Shown in pieces: positions 56,078 through 64,000 of a stretch of 64,000 nt of DNA (the first letter of the stretch is position 1; every line of letters starts with the position of its first letter). Location: the IMG/VR virus record IMGVR_UViG_3300012988_000016, positions 62,001 to 126,000 of that record; one strand, 5' to 3'. Position numbers and translations under genes: made by a program. The notes beneath the pieces were generated by a model. The model worked only from the letters and a program-made list of their open reading frames with translations, was not told where the DNA came from and did not search any database.

Positions 56078-57454
56078 ATGCGCAACCCTTCTCAATTGGT
56101 AGCTAGGTACCGGTTCTCTATGGAGCACTCCTCCGAGAAGGAGATGGGGCATTACCTGAAGCTCCATCCTCACGCCAACCCAAAGAACCACAAGGTCAAG
56201 AAAGACCAGGATGGGGGTAAGGCGGAAGAGGAAGAAAAGTCTGATAAGGGTGGTAGCCCCAAAGATGAAAAGGGGCACGGCCAGCACCATGAGGACGATG
56301 AAGAGGTGGCGGTATCGAACAAGCAGAAGGTGGTGAACGTCTTCAATCGCTTGTCTGACAAGGCCAAAGCACTGATCACCTCAGCTCCAGCGGCTGTGCA
56401 GAAGTTCGTGGCAGATGAAGGTCACCGCAAGAAGGTGCTGAAAGATGCCACCTTGTCGGTCCTTAAAAGTCCCAAGGCTTACGCCAAAAACTTGGTCAAC
56501 ACTGCCAAGGAAGAGGTTCACGAATTCAAAGAGGCCGGTAAGGCGATCAAGGATGTGATTGCTGGCAAGAAGCTGGACGCACATCAGAAGAAAGCAGTCA
56601 AGACGGTGGCGATCCACATGGCTATTACCGCTGCTGCGGCTGCCCTGTCGACAACCGGCGTCTTCACAGGGGCGGCTTTTGTCGGTAAGGCGATGGCCAA
56701 AAAGGTAGCGATGAAGGCTGCCACCAAAGCACTGGAGAAGGTGCATCTCTTTGGGGAGCTTCACCACATCAGCCATGAGGCGATCCATGGTTTGGCAGAG
56801 ATGCTGGAAAGGGTGGCGTCAGAACAAGACGAGGATGATGAGGAAGAGCTCAGCCCTGAGGAAGCGCTGGCTGCTCTGGTGATGAAGAGCTTGTCGGATG
56901 TGTTGGAAGATTTCGAGGGGCAGGATATCGTAGAGGCGTTGGATGAAGCCTCAGATGAGAAGCAAAAAACTGCCTGGAAAATGACCACCGCTACAGCCTC
57001 TGATTTGCCAGGCCTTATCGCTAGAGCGCTTCAAACCGTCAAAGAGGTGCAAGGCATCCTGTCTGGCTTTGACCGCACCTTGATCGCTTCCCGTCACGAG
57101 TCTGATTTTGGAGACGGTAGGGTGGCTCAGACCTTCTGGGTCAAGTTCTTCAAAGATCTAGGCAAACCTCTGGCTACCCTTGAAGACGTGTCTTTTGACC
57201 TTGAAGGGATCTACCTGGAGAGTCGTGATCTTGCTGATGTGGCGAACGAGGCCAGGAATTTGCTGGTCTTGCCCAGGCGAGCCCTCATCACCTATGCGAT
57301 CTCGGACATTGACTTTTCGACCAACCCAACCACAGGGCAGGACGTCATTACCTACAGTGTGGCTGTATTGAAGGATTGGGCCAAGAATTTGGAGAGTTGG
57401 GTCAAGTCTGCTTCGACCAAACTTTCAGGATTGGCCCGTAAAGCTAAGGATTGA
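56078..57454 (+). CDS. highly charged hypothetical protein
   Basis: 458 aa; SQLVARYRF; Lys/Glu-rich; one Ala-rich hydrophobic stretch; acidic linker. Confidence 0.75.
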   Translation: MRNPSQLVARYRFSMEHSSEKEMGHYLKLHPHANPKNHKVKKDQDGGKAEEEEKSDKGGSPKDEKGHGQHHEDDEEVAVSNKQKVVNVFNRLSDKAKALITSAPAAVQKFVADEGHRKKVLKDATLSVLKSPKAYAKNLVNTAKEEVHEFKEAGKAIKDVIAGKKLDAHQKKAVKTVAIHMAITAAAAALSTTGVFTGAAFVGKAMAKKVAMKAATKALEKVHLFGELHHISHEAIHGLAEMLERVASEQDEDDEEELSPEEALAALVMKSLSDVLEDFEGQDIVEALDEASDEKQKTAWKMTTATASDLPGLIARALQTVKEVQGILSGFDRTLIASRHESDFGDGRVAQTFWVKFFKDLGKPLATLEDVSFDLEGIYLESRDLADVANEARNLLVLPRRALITYAISDIDFSTNPTTGQDVITYSVAVLKDWAKNLESWVKSASTKLSGLARKAKD

Positions 57455-57459
57455 GTTTT

Positions 57460-57465
57460 GGTGTA
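57460..57465 (+). promoter_or_regulatory. GGTGTA(AGAT) motif upstream of the DUF1848 gene
   Basis: 10 nt before GTG 57476. Confidence 0.6.
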
Positions 57466-57475
57466 AGATCTAGGG

Positions 57476-58324
57476 GTGAATCCTATCCAAAGTGGCGCCG
57501 CCGAGCTGATCCCCTATAGTTTGTCCAGGTGGACTGATGTTCCAGCTTCGAAATGGAACTGGTTCTTGATCCAGCTCAGTCAAGGGTGGATGACGGCTTT
57601 CGATCAGCGGACCTCCATCCCTCAGAAGTGGAGTCTCAAACCTGAGGACACGTTGGGGCTCATCTTCTGGACCAAGGATCCGACCAATCTGATCCTGTCT
57701 AGAGGCCTGCTTGCCCCTTACAATGTGAAGATTCATGTGACGGCGACCGGCTGGGAAGAGGTTGAGAAAGGGGCTCCTAACAGGTTGGAATCAGCTTTGC
57801 TGCTCAAAGAGACGGTCAAAGAATTTGGAGCCGCCAATGTGACGTGGCGTTTCTCTCCTGTACCGATCGTTCCAGATGTGTTGGAGAGGTTTCAAGTCCT
57901 TGCTCAAGCGGCCTGTGCGGCCGGCTTGGATGCGGTCTATCTGTCGTTTCTTCAGCCCAACGATTTGGTTCCAGAGACCCGCACTCCAGCCGAACGGCTA
58001 GAGTTGTTGCAACAGATGGCCGCTTTGGGCCGCATGTATGGGATTGAGGTTCGGCTCTGCAATGAGGATCGTCTCCTTGAGGGGGTAGACCCATACCCCA
58101 ACCTGACCTCCGGAGTTTGTGCAGATCCGAAAGACTTTGCCCTATCCTCCAGAGAGGTGCCGCCCTCAGAGGGGTGTGGGTGTGTGATGGCGGTCGACCC
58201 TTTCACGGCCAATGAGTCGTGTGGATTTGGCTGCACCTACTGTTATGCCGCCGATAAGAGTCAAGCACCTAAGAAGTACAATACCACTCGTAATTTACCT
58301 GTGATACAATCTAGGGATGGTTGA
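57476..58324 (+). CDS. DUF1848-family protein (SplB-like, C-terminal CxxxCxxC)
   Basis: SLSRWTDVPA...WF; LIFWTKDP; VTWRFSPV; GCGC...ESCGFGCTYCYA. Confidence 0.82.
   Translation: MNPIQSGAAELIPYSLSRWTDVPASKWNWFLIQLSQGWMTAFDQRTSIPQKWSLKPEDTLGLIFWTKDPTNLILSRGLLAPYNVKIHVTATGWEEVEKGAPNRLESALLLKETVKEFGAANVTWRFSPVPIVPDVLERFQVLAQAACAAGLDAVYLSFLQPNDLVPETRTPAERLELLQQMAALGRMYGIEVRLCNEDRLLEGVDPYPNLTSGVCADPKDFALSSREVPPSEGCGCVMAVDPFTANESCGFGCTYCYAADKSQAPKKYNTTRNLPVIQSRDG
58302..58310 (+). promoter_or_regulatory. extended -10 promoter (TGnTACAAT), leaderless geometry
   Basis: TGATACAAT ends 6 nt before ATG 58317. Confidence 0.55.
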
Positions 58325-58586
58325 ACTAGAAGATTCGGAGGATTTCAGCTTAGAAGAGGCCGATCAGGCCGTATTGGTTGACAATCCAGGCAGTTTTGCA
58401 CAGCAGGTCAGCAGACAGGTGGGTGATTGGTTGGCCGCCAATCCTTTGCCTGTTGGACAATCCCCCAAGTTGTCATACGAATTGCTGCGGAAAAAACCCC
58501 ATCTGTACAGCCGAGTCACGATAGGTTCTCATAAAGTCTTGGTTTATCGGCTCAATTGGCTGAAGGAGGATCAAGATGGCGTGTGA
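58317..58586 (+). CDS. hypothetical protein
   Basis: 89 aa; overlaps both neighbours. Confidence 0.6.
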   Translation: MVELEDSEDFSLEEADQAVLVDNPGSFAQQVSRQVGDWLAANPLPVGQSPKLSYELLRKKPHLYSRVTIGSHKVLVYRLNWLKEDQDGV

Positions 58587-59007
58587 AAATGGCGGCTGTA
58601 GTTGTAGTGGATCTTGTCAAGAGAAATTCCACGATACATGCGGCTGCACACTGGAGGGTATTCCGGTCACCTACGGAACCGACCTGCCACCCTATATGAC
58701 GACGGCTTGCGATCGAGATCGCAAGAATAACGTTTGGGTTGAAGGTCCGGTTGATAGCAACGGTCAGGGAGGGATCTGTTTGCTTGATACTCTCTGTGAA
58801 CAACAAGTCGTCGATGTGTTGCAGCGGGACGATCGGGCTCGTGCCGATTTGGTTAGAGTGACCTCTCACCCCAGATTGTTGGAACTGGCTGCCACTGTCC
58901 CACATTTGCCAAAAACTAATGATGGCGATGTGTTGCAGAAAGAAATGAATCAGAACACCATCCCTTTCTACGCCATATTTCGTGGTCAGCCACCCTTTGC
59001 TCAGTGA
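58576..59007 (+). CDS. hypothetical protein with Cys-rich N-terminus
   Basis: AGGAGG RBS; MACENGGCSCSGSCQEKFHDTCGC. Confidence 0.7.
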   Translation: MACENGGCSCSGSCQEKFHDTCGCTLEGIPVTYGTDLPPYMTTACDRDRKNNVWVEGPVDSNGQGGICLLDTLCEQQVVDVLQRDDRARADLVRVTSHPRLLELAATVPHLPKTNDGDVLQKEMNQNTIPFYAIFRGQPPFAQ

Positions 59008-59013
59008 AATCAG

Positions 59014-59340
59014 ATGAGTTTTGGTCGTAAAATTCAGCGTAAAAATCGCCCTGATCTGATGCGGGCCTCCAACCAATTGTCGCGAGCACTCGATTCTCTG
59101 AAGACGATCGAGGCGGCGGGACAACTGACCGAGCTGGGTCCTGTCATCAAACAAACCCATCAGCTGATCCTAACCGCCTCAGAAGATGTGAGGGACGTCG
59201 CCGTAGAAATGGCCCGCCATCGGGCAGTGTTGGAGATCCTGACAAGGCATAACCAGGAGGCCAGGGTGCTTCTCCTCAAAGACCCCGAGGAAGACGTGGT
59301 TATGCCGGAGTTGAAATTGGAACTAGCAGAGGTCAAGTGA
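59014..59340 (+). CDS. helical hypothetical protein
   Basis: 108 aa. Confidence 0.65.
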   Translation: MSFGRKIQRKNRPDLMRASNQLSRALDSLKTIEAAGQLTELGPVIKQTHQLILTASEDVRDVAVEMARHRAVLEILTRHNQEARVLLLKDPEEDVVMPELKLELAEVK

Positions 59341-59864
59341 AAACCAATGAAAACCAGATTGTTGATCCAGCCAGTCGTCCGACGCGCCCCCTCATCTCCG
59401 CTCGAATGGGAGACGCTGATGCAGGTAGCTCTGACGAGAGCTCAGGCGGTTCAGGATCGGAGAGCCTTGATGTTGCAGACCGCCATCCCCCAGGGCAGGA
59501 GCGAGCAAGTGTTGAGGAGCCTGGGAATCATTTGCGAAAACGACGTATTGCGGGAATTTCCACTCCCCACGACGTAGCCAAAATAGAAGAGGCCTTGCTT
59601 GAGGCCTTCAAGCAAGGCCTGCCTGAAGAAGCTTTCAGGTTGTCGAGGGACTTGGCTGAGCTGGCCTACACGGCAGTAAAAGAGGCCGCCAAAGCTCGTT
59701 TTCACTCGAACTTTGGATCAAAGGCTTGCACTTCTTGTGAGGGGTTGCGGGCTGGCCCTGGGGTGGTGGCAACCTGTGTTCAGGTAAGTCTGTGCTATTA
59801 CACGAACTTCAAGGAAGGGGATCTGACTCCCAAGCAAGCAAGAATGCTTCGAGTATTGGGGTGA
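59337..59864 (+). CDS. hypothetical protein with C-terminal Cys4 motif
   Basis: GTGA overlap; ACTSC...TC.....C. Confidence 0.65.
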   Translation: MKTNENQIVDPASRPTRPLISARMGDADAGSSDESSGGSGSESLDVADRHPPGQERASVEEPGNHLRKRRIAGISTPHDVAKIEEALLEAFKQGLPEEAFRLSRDLAELAYTAVKEAAKARFHSNFGSKACTSCEGLRAGPGVVATCVQVSLCYYTNFKEGDLTPKQARMLRVLG

Positions 59865-59887
59865 GGGGTTGCGATCTTTGGATTCGT

Positions 59888-59893
59888 GGTGTA
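59888..59893 (+). promoter_or_regulatory. GGTGTA(AGTT) motif
   Basis: 12 nt before an in-frame ATG at 59906 of the next gene. Confidence 0.55.
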
Positions 59894-59962
59894 AGTTGGG
59901 ATAGAATGGTGCTGGGAAGACCCCTGCACCCAAATGAAAATGAGAATCGGAGAAATCGACAG

Positions 59963-60628
59963 ATGACATTAGAGAAAGTGTTTCTTCAGGTGGGGCGTGA
60001 ACTGGACAGTTATATTGCCCAAGCACGTCGCACCATCAATCAAGCAATTGCGGCAGATTTGAACAATTTGGTGGCGGAGGGCAATGGTCTTCCGAAGCGT
60101 CGTGGGCCAGCACCCAAGTTCACCGTTCGAGGCAAGCCTGGACCAAAGCCAAAGAATCCTCAAGTGACGGCCGCCGTCAAAGGCAAACCAGGTCCGAAGC
60201 CCAAGGCACAAACGACCGATAGTCCGGTAGCTCGGGGTCGTAGGGCTGTGGCGAATGGGAATCGTCCCAAGGTGGTGGATGCGGTAGCGTCGGTGATTGG
60301 CCACGGTCAAACGATGACCGCAAAGGAAGTGGTGGATGCTCTGGCATCTCGTGGTTGGATGCCCGATAGTGAGAAGCCGCAGAACTACATCAATTTCATC
60401 CTCAGTTCACACAGGGACGTGTTCGAACGTGTGTCGCATGGGAATTACCGAGTCATCAAGGGGGTGAAGGTGTCTCGCCAGGGAAAAGCCCAGGGGGACA
60501 CTAGCCAGACCGAATCCTCTGAAGAAGAAGAGGTTTCGGCTGCTGGTGTCCCCGCTGTGGACGAAGAGCTAGATGCCTTGGGGATTGGTCAGGACGGGAA
60601 AGTCGCCCCCAATCCGTTCCCTGGTTGA
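59963..60628 (+). CDS. DNA-binding protein: basic GKPGPKPK repeats plus winged helix (HARE-HTH-like)
   Basis: KRRGPAPK; GKPGPKPK twice; MTAKEVVDALASRGW...INFILS...VFERVSHGNYRV; acidic tail. Alternative start 59906. Confidence 0.65.
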   Translation: MTLEKVFLQVGRELDSYIAQARRTINQAIAADLNNLVAEGNGLPKRRGPAPKFTVRGKPGPKPKNPQVTAAVKGKPGPKPKAQTTDSPVARGRRAVANGNRPKVVDAVASVIGHGQTMTAKEVVDALASRGWMPDSEKPQNYINFILSSHRDVFERVSHGNYRVIKGVKVSRQGKAQGDTSQTESSEEEEVSAAGVPAVDEELDALGIGQDGKVAPNPFPG

Positions 60629-60665
60629 GCAAATTGGAGATCTTTCGTTCGACAACCATTTGGTG

Positions 60666-61007
60666 ATGGACGATCTCCTATTTCAGACAACCATTTGGAC
60701 TGCTAGACGGCTGCTCAAAAGCCGTCTTCGTCTTCACCTAGGCCGTCTTTTGATGGCAGAGGAGTTGGAAAACAACTGGTCCTCAGTTTTGACGCTTGAG
60801 GAAGGTGTAGAGGAGGAGGCCAAGCAGGCGTGGCGAAATGTTCGCGAGCGTTGGACCTCCTCTGCTACATCTAAAGAGATGCTGGAATACGCTGCTAAAC
60901 AAGCCTATCGCGAAGCCAAGCGTGAGGTGGTGAGCCTGTTTCAGGGCGAAGTGGACGCCAAGTGGTTGAAAGAGTCTCTAAAAAGCTATCGCCCCACTCT
61001 GGAATGA
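60666..61007 (+). CDS. hypothetical protein
   Basis: Probable start MDDLLF (track start 60573 overlaps the previous gene). Confidence 0.55.
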   Translation: MDDLLFQTTIWTARRLLKSRLRLHLGRLLMAEELENNWSSVLTLEEGVEEEAKQAWRNVRERWTSSATSKEMLEYAAKQAYREAKREVVSLFQGEVDAKWLKESLKSYRPTLE

Positions 61008-61008
61008 T

Positions 61009-61512
61009 ATGAAAATAGGCGACATTCTCTTCTATCAAGACCGTTACTGGAAGCTGGAGACCAGTAATCGGGAATTCCGCACCTGTCAGCTGGTCAGTTT
61101 TGACGGCACCAAGCAAGAGGTGGCGGACGATCTAGATGAAAACAACAGCACGGTGTTGATAGTTTGCAATCCAGCCGAGCAGTGGCCCTTTTGCAGCATC
61201 GCCATCAAGGTCAAGGCCGGACCTTTGAGAGGCATCACACGAGCCGGCACTGTCTTGACCCCCATGGTGGATTGGATTCCCAGCGATTTTCAACGTCCAG
61301 GCGGGGCCATCTTTTTCAATCCACGTTTGCGATTAAAAGTGGGTGAGATCTTGGTGGCGACCCATCAGGATGGTTCGTTCAGCCGGATCACCATCACCCC
61401 TGGTTTTGGAACGCTCAAGCGCAAAGCCGCTCGGGCGAAGGCCAAAGAACCAAAGCCCCAACAATCGGTTTACGACCAACTGATGGATGACAGTCTGTTC
61501 AGGCTCAAATGA
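61009..61512 (+). CDS. hypothetical protein
   Basis: 167 aa. Confidence 0.7.
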   Translation: MKIGDILFYQDRYWKLETSNREFRTCQLVSFDGTKQEVADDLDENNSTVLIVCNPAEQWPFCSIAIKVKAGPLRGITRAGTVLTPMVDWIPSDFQRPGGAIFFNPRLRLKVGEILVATHQDGSFSRITITPGFGTLKRKAARAKAKEPKPQQSVYDQLMDDSLFRLK

Positions 61513-62123
61513 GACGCCAGCTTCCCATAGCGGTGGAAGTCTCGATTGATCGATTCAGAGCGCAATCGCAGATATTGGCCTCTGAACTGGAGACTGAGGT
61601 TCGGCCACTAGCTAGTTGTCTCAAAGGCTGCCATAATTGCTGCTATCATCCCGTATTGGTGACGATCCTTGAAGGTCTGCATATTTACGGTTGGCTGGTC
61701 GAACAACACCTGTGGACTACCGAGCTTCGCAATCGACTTTCGGAGCATTCTGACCATACGTTCGGTCTATCGCTGCCAGTTTGGCTGATGAGCCGAATCG
61801 CTTGTCCGTTGTTGGATGGGGGACTGTGCAGTATCTATCCCGCTCGCCCTTTCGCCTGTAAGATAACGTTCTCTACGGGTGACCCGGAAGATTGCGACCC
61901 ACATCGATTGGCTGGTAATCCCAATATGACGCCCAAACGAGAAGCTTTGGAAGCCTTGGGCTTGACTGAATCTAGCTTATTGAGGCAACACAGTCTACCT
62001 CATGTTCGACTACCGCTCTCAACCGCATTGCTGTATGGGGAGCGGATTGTCAAAGATCAGATCAGCATTGAGGATCTCCAACGTGAGATCGGGAAGGACT
62101 TGGATGCCATCAACCAAAGTTAG
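61509..62123 (+). CDS. YkgJ-family cysteine-cluster (Zn/Fe-chelating) protein
   Basis: CLKGCHNCC; CPLLDGGLCSIYPARPFAC. Confidence 0.85.
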   Translation: MRRQLPIAVEVSIDRFRAQSQILASELETEVRPLASCLKGCHNCCYHPVLVTILEGLHIYGWLVEQHLWTTELRNRLSEHSDHTFGLSLPVWLMSRIACPLLDGGLCSIYPARPFACKITFSTGDPEDCDPHRLAGNPNMTPKREALEALGLTESSLLRQHSLPHVRLPLSTALLYGERIVKDQISIEDLQREIGKDLDAINQS

Positions 62124-62388
62124 GTGCCTGATCTGCTCTGGAGAGCGTGATCGTACAGCTTGTGAGATTGTGGTGTTGACCCCAGAGGAGAAGGCCGTGA
62201 TGCCAAATCCTCTTGAGGAATACCCTTACTGCAAAACTTGCTGGAAAGTGATGCAGAATCCTGCCACAGCTACCGATTTGATGCGTGGGATTGCTTATGC
62301 ACACCTACAGGCCAGCGGTGTATTGACAGCTAGTCAGTTGGCGGATCAATACAAGCAGGCTTTGTTGAGCCAAACCAGGAAAACCTGA
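62104..62388 (+). CDS. small CxxC...CxxC zinc-finger protein
   Basis: Start MPSTKVRCLIC...YCKTC. Confidence 0.65.
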   Translation: MPSTKVRCLICSGERDRTACEIVVLTPEEKAVMPNPLEEYPYCKTCWKVMQNPATATDLMRGIAYAHLQASGVLTASQLADQYKQALLSQTRKT

Positions 62389-63026
62389 TGCCGAAAATGC
62401 ATGTGGAAGAAGTCAGAGCTCAGCTGAACCAGATCCGTGAGCAACAAGGAGAACAGGCCTTCACCAAAGCCCGTGATGCCGTGATCGGCATGTTGATTCA
62501 CCAGCCCAAGGGCGAGGATTTCCTGAAACTTGCGTTCCCTGATGTGGACTTGGAACCATTTAGGAAGGCCAACACCCCCAACCACATGCTGGAGTTATTG
62601 AAGGCGCAGACTCCGAACCTGAAGAACGACATCCAGCTTCAGTTATTGTTGGCTGGTAGTGAGACCTATCTGACCGCCATGAACGCCCTCTTTGCAGGCG
62701 ATAAACCGACCGCCGAGAAGGCCATCGAAGCCTTGATGGATTGCTTCGATATGGCCGAGAAGTCGGTCCAGGTGGCCGAACAGGTGGCCAACATCCCCGC
62801 TGAAGAGCGGTCCGTTCAAGCGGACGCCTTCACCAGACCATGTGGAGAGCCTCAGATCTCTGTTTTTAGTCGACTGATGGAAGGTTTGACGGCCGTCAGT
62901 ACGGTGGCCGAATTGAACACTTGGTACGGGCAGAATCGCCAAGACCTCGATCTGGTGATCGACAGGGTCCTCAGAGACTCTATTTTCGACCAGATTCGAG
63001 CGAAGAAGAGCAGTTTCGAGAACTGA
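62388..63026 (+). CDS. helical hypothetical protein
   Basis: 212 aa; TGATG coupling. Confidence 0.7.
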   Translation: MPKMHVEEVRAQLNQIREQQGEQAFTKARDAVIGMLIHQPKGEDFLKLAFPDVDLEPFRKANTPNHMLELLKAQTPNLKNDIQLQLLLAGSETYLTAMNALFAGDKPTAEKAIEALMDCFDMAEKSVQVAEQVANIPAEERSVQADAFTRPCGEPQISVFSRLMEGLTAVSTVAELNTWYGQNRQDLDLVIDRVLRDSIFDQIRAKKSSFEN

Positions 63027-63490
63027 TGTCAGAGCGTGGTTACAGGGTCAGGATCCAATATCCGACCGTCAGTCGATATCGCTATCTTGGATTAGACCAG
63101 AATGGGTGGTTCACCAGCAGTCGAGACAAGGCTAGGGTGTTTGAGACCCAGGATAGTGCTGAGATGGCTCTCAAACACTATTTGCCAGGACTACCTGATA
63201 GTCTGGTCAAGCAGCTGGCGATCGAGTTAGAGCCCATCCCAGACTTCGACCCCGATTGGGTGACTCGCCCTAGCTCGCATCTTCGGGACCTGTTGGAATT
63301 TCGACAAGTCGATACTCAGGTGTTCGAAGACCGCGAAGCTGAGGTTAGGGCGGTGTTGTTAGATGAGTGCCCCATCACCGACGAGTTGGCTGAACTTTTG
63401 AGTCAGAAGCTTGACACTCCGAAGCAATACTGGCTAAATCTTGAACATCTCTACAGAGAAGGCCTCAAAAAAGGCTTGAAAGTCCTATGA
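63026..63490 (+). CDS. protein with C-terminal HigA-antitoxin-like segment
   Basis: PITDELAELLSQKLDTPKQYWLNLEHLY matches the HigA C-terminal pattern; start at TGATG 63026. Confidence 0.55.
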   Translation: MSERGYRVRIQYPTVSRYRYLGLDQNGWFTSSRDKARVFETQDSAEMALKHYLPGLPDSLVKQLAIELEPIPDFDPDWVTRPSSHLRDLLEFRQVDTQVFEDREAEVRAVLLDECPITDELAELLSQKLDTPKQYWLNLEHLYREGLKKGLKVL

Positions 63491-64000
63491 TCGAAACATC
63501 CAAACTACTGGCAGTCGACGAAATTATTGTACATGACAACTGTTCGGACGGGACCGCCAGCGCGATGATCCTGCACGACTGTCTGCCTAACGCCAAAGTG
63601 ACGTTCTTGCAGCACGGTACTGAGCCCTATCGGATGTTGGAACCACGGCCAGGACAACTGTTCTGTGACATCAGCCCCGACCCAGCAAGGATCAAAGAAT
63701 TCCTCGATGTAGGAGTTTTGGTGCTTGACCATCACAAGAAAGTCAAAAATGCGGTCATGCCGTTCGTAGAAGCGGGCTTGGGCGCATTCGGAGATGAGGT
63801 GGCGGACCCAGGCGTCAGTGGGGCGATGCTGGCCTTTAGGGAAGTGTGGTTGCCTCTAGATAGGGTTCAGGCAGAACTTGTTCTTTCAGAACAAGAATGG
63901 GCCAGACGAGAGATGTTGCGCCGGAATCGCTGGATCCAAGATCAAGCTGGTAAGTCAGCCGCCCTGCAAGACTTCGCCACCCTGATCGGTATTCGTGACA
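63487..64000 (+). CDS. DHH-family phosphoesterase (truncated by the window end)
   Basis: My translation: MIETSKLLAVDEIIVHDNCSDGTASA...FCDISP...VLVLDHHK...PGVSGAMLAF; open to base 64000 and absent from the track. Confidence 0.85.
   Translation, partial: MIETSKLLAVDEIIVHDNCSDGTASAMILHDCLPNAKVTFLQHGTEPYRMLEPRPGQLFCDISPDPARIKEFLDVGVLVLDHHKKVKNAVMPFVEAGLGAFGDEVADPGVSGAMLAFREVWLPLDRVQAELVLSEQEWARREMLRRNRWIQDQAGKSAALQDFATLIGIRD

Noticed and set aside
50282-58316. CTAGGG recurring near several gene starts (50282, 53285, 54053, 57470, 58311)
   Set aside because: Distance to the start codon is inconsistent, and the hexamer also occurs often inside coding sequence in this window.
1-64000. CRISPR arrays, tRNA/rRNA genes, integrase/transposase, DGR reverse transcriptase, stop-codon recoding
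   Set aside because: No regularly spaced DNA repeats, cloverleaf-like gaps or catalytic motifs were seen, and multi-kb ORFs are intact in the standard code. tRNAscan-SE and a CRISPR finder would be needed to exclude small RNAs formally.

Overview
This 64-kb window is part of a large contractile-tailed (myovirus-like) bacteriophage genome; the host cannot be identified from the sequence. It is densely coded, almost entirely on the + strand, in the standard genetic code, with many overlapping stop/start codons. 1-32.3 kb is a virion module: very large modular proteins (1960, 1942, ~1349, 1138 and 872 aa), a gp25-like wedge, a baseplate J-like protein, a gpI-like wedge partner and fibre/receptor-binding candidates. 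32.3-34.1 kb holds three envelope-targeted proteins, possibly a non-canonical lysis cassette. 34.2-42.2 kb is a replication block: SNF2 helicase, degenerate loader-like protein, DnaB-like helicase, stand-alone CHC2 zinc finger and family A DNA polymerase. 42.2-64 kb is an accessory region: a DUF2997/DUF1257(Ycf35)/Ycf46-type AAA triad, macrodomain, large vWA protein, nitrilase-family amidase next to ClpX, DUF1848, YkgJ-like Cys-cluster protein, HigA-like protein and a truncated DHH phosphoesterase. A YGGTGTA motif lies 8-13 nt upstream of eight start codons, all in the non-structural half, suggesting a phage-specific promoter for leaderless or short-leader transcripts. I saw no rRNA, tRNA, CRISPR array, integrase, transposase or intein. 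All family assignments come from motif recognition by eye, not from database searches.
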